A stretch of 64,000 nt of DNA. It comes from Chitinophaga pinensis. Its GTDB lineage: Bacteria > Bacteroidota > Bacteroidia > UKL13-3. Of this stretch, positions 60,101 through 64,000 are shown piece by piece. Under the pieces are notes generated by a model, which saw only the letters and a program-made list of their open reading frames with translations, ran no database searches and was not told the DNA's origin. The translations under genes and the position numbers were made by a program. The DNA lies in contig CAMBSD010000006.1 in NCBI GenBank assembly GCA_945870425.1, positions 69,735 to 133,734 of the forward strand. The letters run 5' to 3'. Position 1 is the first letter of the stretch. Each line of letters begins with the position of its first letter.

Positions 60101-61024
60101 ATTAAGTCGGTTAACTCGTGCTTTAATTCTCTCTATGTGGTTGACACGATTCTTCTAAAACCAAATCCACCTTTGTCTTTAAATCATACTTCCGTAAACT
60201 TGAATGATTTCACTGCTAATTGGTCAACTTCGAATGGAGCCTCTTCCTATTTCTTAGATGTTTCCTTAAACAGAAATTTTACATCACTTGTGGCGGGCTA
60301 TAACTCACTTCTAGTAACTGGAACGAGTAAATTTGTAAATGGTTTAGCTATGTTCACAAAATACTATTATAGGGTCAAAGCTGTTAATCTTTCTGGCATT
60401 TCAAGCTATTCCCTTGTTGATTCACTTAATACATTGTCCTTGGATGTTCATTTATATCTAACTGCCTATTTGGAAGGATTGTATCTAGGTGCAAATACCA
60501 TGGTTGCATCTCCGTTCAGTGCTGATGGGGTTTCACCAACCAATATTGCTGATACTATTACGGTTGAATTGCATGAAGATTTTCCTCCATTTTCCATGGC
60601 CTACTCAACACAAGCCCTATTGGAAACTAATGGTTTTTCTGATGTTTTGTTCACTGGAACAGGCGCGAATGGAAATAATTATTATATAGTGGTGAAGCAC
60701 AGAAATTCTATTGTTACGTGGAGTGCAATGCCAGTTTCAATGAGTAATGCAGGTGTTTCTTACGACTTTAGTTCTTCACCAACCCAAGCTGCGGGAGATA
60801 ATATGAAAGATGATGGCACTGGGGTTCTTCTCTTTTATTCAGGAGATATAAATCAAGATGGCTCAGTTGATTTTAACGACTACCCAGACATAGATATTGG
60901 AAGCTCGAATGGCGATTTAGGTTATTTAGCTACCGATTTGAATGGAGATTCATCGGTAGATTTTAATGATTATCCTTTAATCGACTATAACAGCAGTTTA
61001 GGTATTATTGAAATGACTCCTTAG
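57125..61024 (+). CDS. S8 subtilisin-like serine peptidase (1299 aa) with SprB-like repeats, FN3-like domains and the same dockerin-like C-terminal module
   Basis: Catalytic triad contexts are present: LGIWDSGAI (Asp), HSNGVAGIM (His) and GGTSIASGASSG (Ser). Three tandem repeats of ~70 aa (SSYSWDNG...GCDYDTIITIVV) resemble SprB repeats, and two FN3-like modules follow. The C-terminal 190 aa are paralogous to 56540..57120. Confidence 0.7.
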   Translation: MFKMKRTLLLAIKFFSVCYLSAQVLSVSDSILYARYYKPFLNDNKFFISSFDGLGDNHFPEFKRDCSNLNGAITIGANAVWFGGTLGLNLSGSGINKLGIWDSGAIRGTHKEFKNRVTQMDGSSTLSSHSNGVAGIMMASGVLPNAKGMSNQANLKAWDFNNDRAEMLAAASGLLISNHSYANLAGWYNTGGIQYWLGDTTLNQDNDWKYGFYDSRTATWDSISYRFPYYLIVKAIGNDRGISVPQGTPHYFWDGFNWIYSSRIRNNVGPYDCIVTYGTSKNILSVGAVDVLPNGYVAPPLIMHSGSSWGPTDDGRIKPDLVAGTPTSVTPSSTHDSAYQFLGGTSIASGASSGSLLLLQEHYFNLKNRYMRSSTLKGLAIHTANRCKTNFGPNYESGWGLLNISKSVQVISDSNNNIVNEYSLNNNDTFNMMVYVNGVDTAKATICWTDPPSVVTAPAYNDTTPKLINDLDLRLLSLSNGHEYKPYILNPYNPSAAATNGDNYRDNVEQIYGMGLPQGFYNLRVTHKRNLQNNQAQEFSLLSSNFATTSSIITVSNSPTSNNNIYKGTNNAVLYKIDVSVLTSATALNELHFTSSGSYTASDISNFKIWYHNDSNFNSGTPQLLSTLTNNLGGGFHNITGLNKILNLGSSYIFITSDIPCASSANSIAINAISTSDIKFVWGSVSGTGFTSSSINIVSSDIGAIATPSTSICMGDAVTLIGIGASSYSWDNGIVDAEAFVPTSTTSYKVIGTDDYGCDYDTIITIVVNSLPNVGILVNPSIHVCLGSNVTLSGTGASSYQWGGGITNATSFIPSKSPSNYFVIGLDSITGCQNVDSVTIYINSPIKVGASNFAMCAGDSVVLSASGGVSYLWSPSFSLSASVGSSVTATPQNTTTYILTGTDTSGCVTTDSISIFVFNSAPGNPSSFLSSNISNESFDLDWTPTANTVNYSIDVSTDPNFNNILTSYNGYSLTSTHTSISGLTAGTTYYARIKSVNSCFNSLYVVDTILLKPNPPLSLNHTSVNLNDFTANWSTSNGASSYFLDVSLNRNFTSLVAGYNSLLVTGTSKFVNGLAMFTKYYYRVKAVNLSGISSYSLVDSLNTLSLDVHLYLTAYLEGLYLGANTMVASPFSADGVSPTNIADTITVELHEDFPPFSMAYSTQALLETNGFSDVLFTGTGANGNNYYIVVKHRNSIVTWSAMPVSMSNAGVSYDFSSSPTQAAGDNMKDDGTGVLLFYSGDINQDGSVDFNDYPDIDIGSSNGDLGYLATDLNGDSSVDFNDYPLIDYNSSLGIIEMTP

Positions 61025-61032
61025 CATCTATA

Positions 61033-61470
61033 TTATCTCAATTTTTTGAAAAAGTTTTTCATCAACATTGTAGCCTCGATAGCCATGATGCCATTCACTA
61101 TTTCTGTTTTTGGATGAAGCAAATTTCCTGATTTGCTAAAACCTCTTTTTTCATCTGATGCACCATAAACCAATGTGCCTAATTGTGACCAAAATATAGC
61201 ACCTGCACACATTATGCATGGTTCCAATGTAACATACATAGTGCATTCGTTCAAGTACTTTGCACCAAGGTAATTGGCTGCTGCTGTAATGGCTTGCATC
61301 TCAGCATGAGCAGTTACATCATTTAATCTTTCAGTAAGGTTGTATCCTTTTCCAATTATTTTGTTATCTGAAACAATGATGCAACCTACAGGTACTTCAT
61401 TTTCTTCGCAGGCTTTTTCGGCTTCTTTTAAAGCCATGTTCATAAAATATTCGTGTGAAAATAGTTCCAT
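61033..61470 (-). CDS. tadA: tRNA-specific adenosine deaminase
   Basis: 145 aa with the CDA zinc motifs HAEMQAI and PCIMCAG. Confidence 0.8.
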   Translation of the reverse strand: MELFSHEYFMNMALKEAEKACEENEVPVGCIIVSDNKIIGKGYNLTERLNDVTAHAEMQAITAAANYLGAKYLNECTMYVTLEPCIMCAGAIFWSQLGTLVYGASDEKRGFSKSGNLLHPKTEIVNGIMAIEATMLMKNFFKKLR

Positions 61471-61492
61471 TCAGATACTTGATTATAAAAGT

Positions 61493-63916
61493 CTATTTTC
61501 CTAATTCAATCATATTAACCAATAAACGATAGGCACCTGGCACACCTGCTGGCAACTCCCGGAAGAAAACCAAACCTGAATAAATGAAATTTCCTTTGCC
61601 ATGTTTGGCAATTATCAAACTTCCTTTATTAGCTTTCTCATCAGGGTCGGCCATGCTAAGCGGCATTTCGTACTTTGCATCCACATCTCCTGAGGTATAA
61701 ATACAACGCTCTTGAATCCAACCTTCAAAATCCGCAGAGGTGATTTTATTTGGTGTATTGAGAACAGGATGGTTAGGCAATTCAAAATTTACAATAGCAT
61801 TTTCATCTGTAACCCTGTCACGGGTAATTTTGAATGTGTATGGACCAATATCGCCTTTAAACGGACCTACAAAACTATTGGTATTGTATTGAACAATCAG
61901 GTTGCCTCCAATGCTTACATAGTCCATTAGTTTTTGTTTGTAGGTACTTAGTTTTTCATTGGTATTATAAGCACGCACGCCTGTTATGATAGCCTCAAAT
62001 TGAGATAAATTTTCTTTTGTTAGCATATCATCCGTAATGGTAATTACTTCATAACCCAATTGATTTAAACAGCTTTGTACTTCATCACCAGCACCAGGAA
62101 TATAACCTATGCGTTTTAGCTTTTTGTTTATATCCAATCTAACAAGTTTTGCTTCCGCTTCAGGAAACAATGTTTGAATAGGAATATGGTCGTATTTGAT
62201 TTCTTTGATGCCTTGGCTGTATTCAACGCCATCTATTTCTGCAATGAATTTTATGATAGACTTCTCGACTCCGCTCGAAGTGACAGTGCTTGGATTGATA
62301 TTAAAAGTTACTATTTGTTCCTCGCCTTTTTTAGCTAAACTAATATTTGCAAATGTAGGCTGCATCGACCAACCCAAAGGTAAATTAGCTTTTACTTTGG
62401 TTTGAATACTATCTCTACCGGCTTTAACGATTACTTTTATTTCTTTAGATTTGTTATCAGCAAACACAATACTTTTTTGCTCTAGGTTTAGCATTATAGG
62501 TGGAGTAATAACCAAGGGTCTGTATAGCTCACCCTTTTCTGGGTCAACCCATTTGTATTGAATAGGGCTAAGAAAGCCAAACACACTTTGTTGATGTGTG
62601 AAAGTAATTTCCGATAATGACAAGGGCGCTGTCAGATCATTAGTTAGCATACTTTCTTTATTAGTATAAAGCATATTATTCACTATAGGTCTAACTAACC
62701 AATAGGGTTGTGAAATAGAATTGTGGTAATAGCTAATTGTATCATTTTTAAATTTATTAATTTTCAACTGATTTGAAATATCCAAACCATTGCGATTCAG
62801 GGTTTGATAGACAAATTTTATTTCTTCGTTTATACAAAATTTTGGTTTTTCAGTTAGCACATCTCTATAAATTCCAGCACAATTCAATACAATATTTTTC
62901 AATATTTTTTGATGTGTTAATATTGAGTTTTCAAGCATTTTTTTGTTTAAGTCTAATAAACTTTCTATTGATTTATTGGGACTTTCAACCTTATAATCTT
63001 TGATAATCTTATCAATCATTTTTCCAATCTTCTCGCCACCTTTCACGCGTTTCCAACTAAAATCCATTCCCTCAAAAATATCTTTTAAGCCAGTTGTATC
63101 GCCTTTCAAAGGTTTAAAGTATTCAAAGTATTCGCCTCTTTGTTTGGCACTGCCGAAGCCTTGGCTTTTGTGCATGCTGCGGCTTTCGGCAGCAATCTCG
63201 CCATAGCTTTTACCTAATAGCGGATTGTATCCACCTACATCTAATTTTGTCAAATTACTTAAGTCGGCATTAGGGTTCCAAAAACGTGCACCACTGTTAT
63301 AATACATCCTACGTGTTTGCCATACATTCACATTTTTTAATTGCTCAGGAAAACGAGTAGGGTCGGCAGCTGCATCAAAGGCTTCCTCAGCCAGAACTGC
63401 TGATGCCGTGTGATGCCCATGCCCTCCGCTTCCATCAGTTGCAAAACGTGTAATGATGATATCGGGTCTGAAATTTCGAATCACCCACACCATATCAGAA
63501 AGCAAAGAATCTTTGTTCCATTTGCTAAAAGTTTCTTTGGGCGATTTGCTATACCCAAAATCATAAGCACGTGTAAAAAACTGCTCGCCACCATCAATTC
63601 TGCGGGCCGCTAATAGTTCTTGTGTACGAATTATTCCTAATTCCACACCTTGCTCTGGGCCAATTAGGTTTTGTCCGCCATCTCCACGCGTAAGGCTCAA
63701 ATAGCCTGTTCTCAAGCATTTTTCATTTACCAAGTAGGCTATCAATCGAGTGTTTTCGTCATCAGGATGAGCGGCTATGTATAAGACCGAGCCAACGGTA
63801 TTCAGTTTTTTTATCTGTAATAAAATTTCAGAAGAGGTATAGCTTTTAGGAGCTTGGGCATTACTTGAAAGGTTTGTTATTAAGGCAAAAAGCAATAAAT
63901 AAACGAGTTTCTTCAT
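61493..63916 (-). CDS. multidomain PIG-L/LmbE-family deacetylase protein
   Basis: 807 aa with a signal peptide and an N-terminal LmbE motif (YIAAHPDDEN). The rest of the sequence is a large C-terminal extension of unknown function. Confidence 0.55.
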   Translation of the reverse strand: MKKLVYLLLFALITNLSSNAQAPKSYTSSEILLQIKKLNTVGSVLYIAAHPDDENTRLIAYLVNEKCLRTGYLSLTRGDGGQNLIGPEQGVELGIIRTQELLAARRIDGGEQFFTRAYDFGYSKSPKETFSKWNKDSLLSDMVWVIRNFRPDIIITRFATDGSGGHGHHTASAVLAEEAFDAAADPTRFPEQLKNVNVWQTRRMYYNSGARFWNPNADLSNLTKLDVGGYNPLLGKSYGEIAAESRSMHKSQGFGSAKQRGEYFEYFKPLKGDTTGLKDIFEGMDFSWKRVKGGEKIGKMIDKIIKDYKVESPNKSIESLLDLNKKMLENSILTHQKILKNIVLNCAGIYRDVLTEKPKFCINEEIKFVYQTLNRNGLDISNQLKINKFKNDTISYYHNSISQPYWLVRPIVNNMLYTNKESMLTNDLTAPLSLSEITFTHQQSVFGFLSPIQYKWVDPEKGELYRPLVITPPIMLNLEQKSIVFADNKSKEIKVIVKAGRDSIQTKVKANLPLGWSMQPTFANISLAKKGEEQIVTFNINPSTVTSSGVEKSIIKFIAEIDGVEYSQGIKEIKYDHIPIQTLFPEAEAKLVRLDINKKLKRIGYIPGAGDEVQSCLNQLGYEVITITDDMLTKENLSQFEAIITGVRAYNTNEKLSTYKQKLMDYVSIGGNLIVQYNTNSFVGPFKGDIGPYTFKITRDRVTDENAIVNFELPNHPVLNTPNKITSADFEGWIQERCIYTSGDVDAKYEMPLSMADPDEKANKGSLIIAKHGKGNFIYSGLVFFRELPAGVPGAYRLLVNMIELGK

Positions 63917-64000
63917 GCTGTAAAAATATCTGTTTTTGCTTTAATGCCAAAGCTTTGCTTTTGCTTCATTTTCTAGGCCATCTTATTTTTTAATAATACT

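Noticed and set aside
56540-61021. The shared C-terminal module as a recent segmental duplication or assembly artefact
   Set aside because: The two copies are only about 70% identical at the nucleotide level, with many synonymous differences. They are anciently diverged paralogous domains, not a collapsed repeat.
1-64000. tRNA, rRNA or tmRNA genes
   Set aside because: No intergenic segment shows cloverleaf-compatible conserved elements such as GTTC..A TPsiC or a CCA-proximal acceptor pairing, nor rRNA-like conserved blocks. Intergenic regions are short and AT-rich or occupied by REPs. A tRNAscan run would be definitive.

Overview
This is a low-GC Bacteroidetes-type chromosomal window. It carries Bacteroidetes -33/-7 promoter motifs, type A and type B T9SS C-terminal sorting domains, SprB-like repeats and N-terminal lipoprotein Cys signals. 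The core gene content is: tpiA, sucA, a TonB-dependent receptor next to a three-gene RND efflux operon (adaptor/AcrB-like/TolC-like), mrp/apbC plus a nifU-like gene, a GH31 alpha-glucosidase with a T9SS tail, gcvT, an LptD-like gene divergent from an AmiC-type amidase, an MlaD-like gene, a complete six-gene alternative complex III operon (actABCDEF), ribE, a LysE-family exporter, polA, tadA and a large PIG-L/LmbE-family protein. Accessory material sits between these. There are two different REP-associated tyrosine transposase (RAYT, IS200-like HuH) genes, each with its own family of palindromic REP hairpins and partial duplications of the gene ends. There are two toxin-antitoxin-like modules, one with a visibly decayed RelE/ParE toxin. 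A short AT-rich islet holds hypothetical genes. The most unusual locus is at 50.5-61.0 kb: two adjacent giant secreted proteins. One is a 2193-aa beta-helix-like repeat protein. The other is a 1299-aa S8 subtilisin with SprB-like and FN3-like repeats. They end in the same ~190-aa C-terminal module containing tandem dockerin-like DxNxDGxxD calcium-loop repeats. That module does not resemble the canonical T9SS sorting domains carried by other proteins in the same window. No rRNA, tRNA or CRISPR array was recognised.
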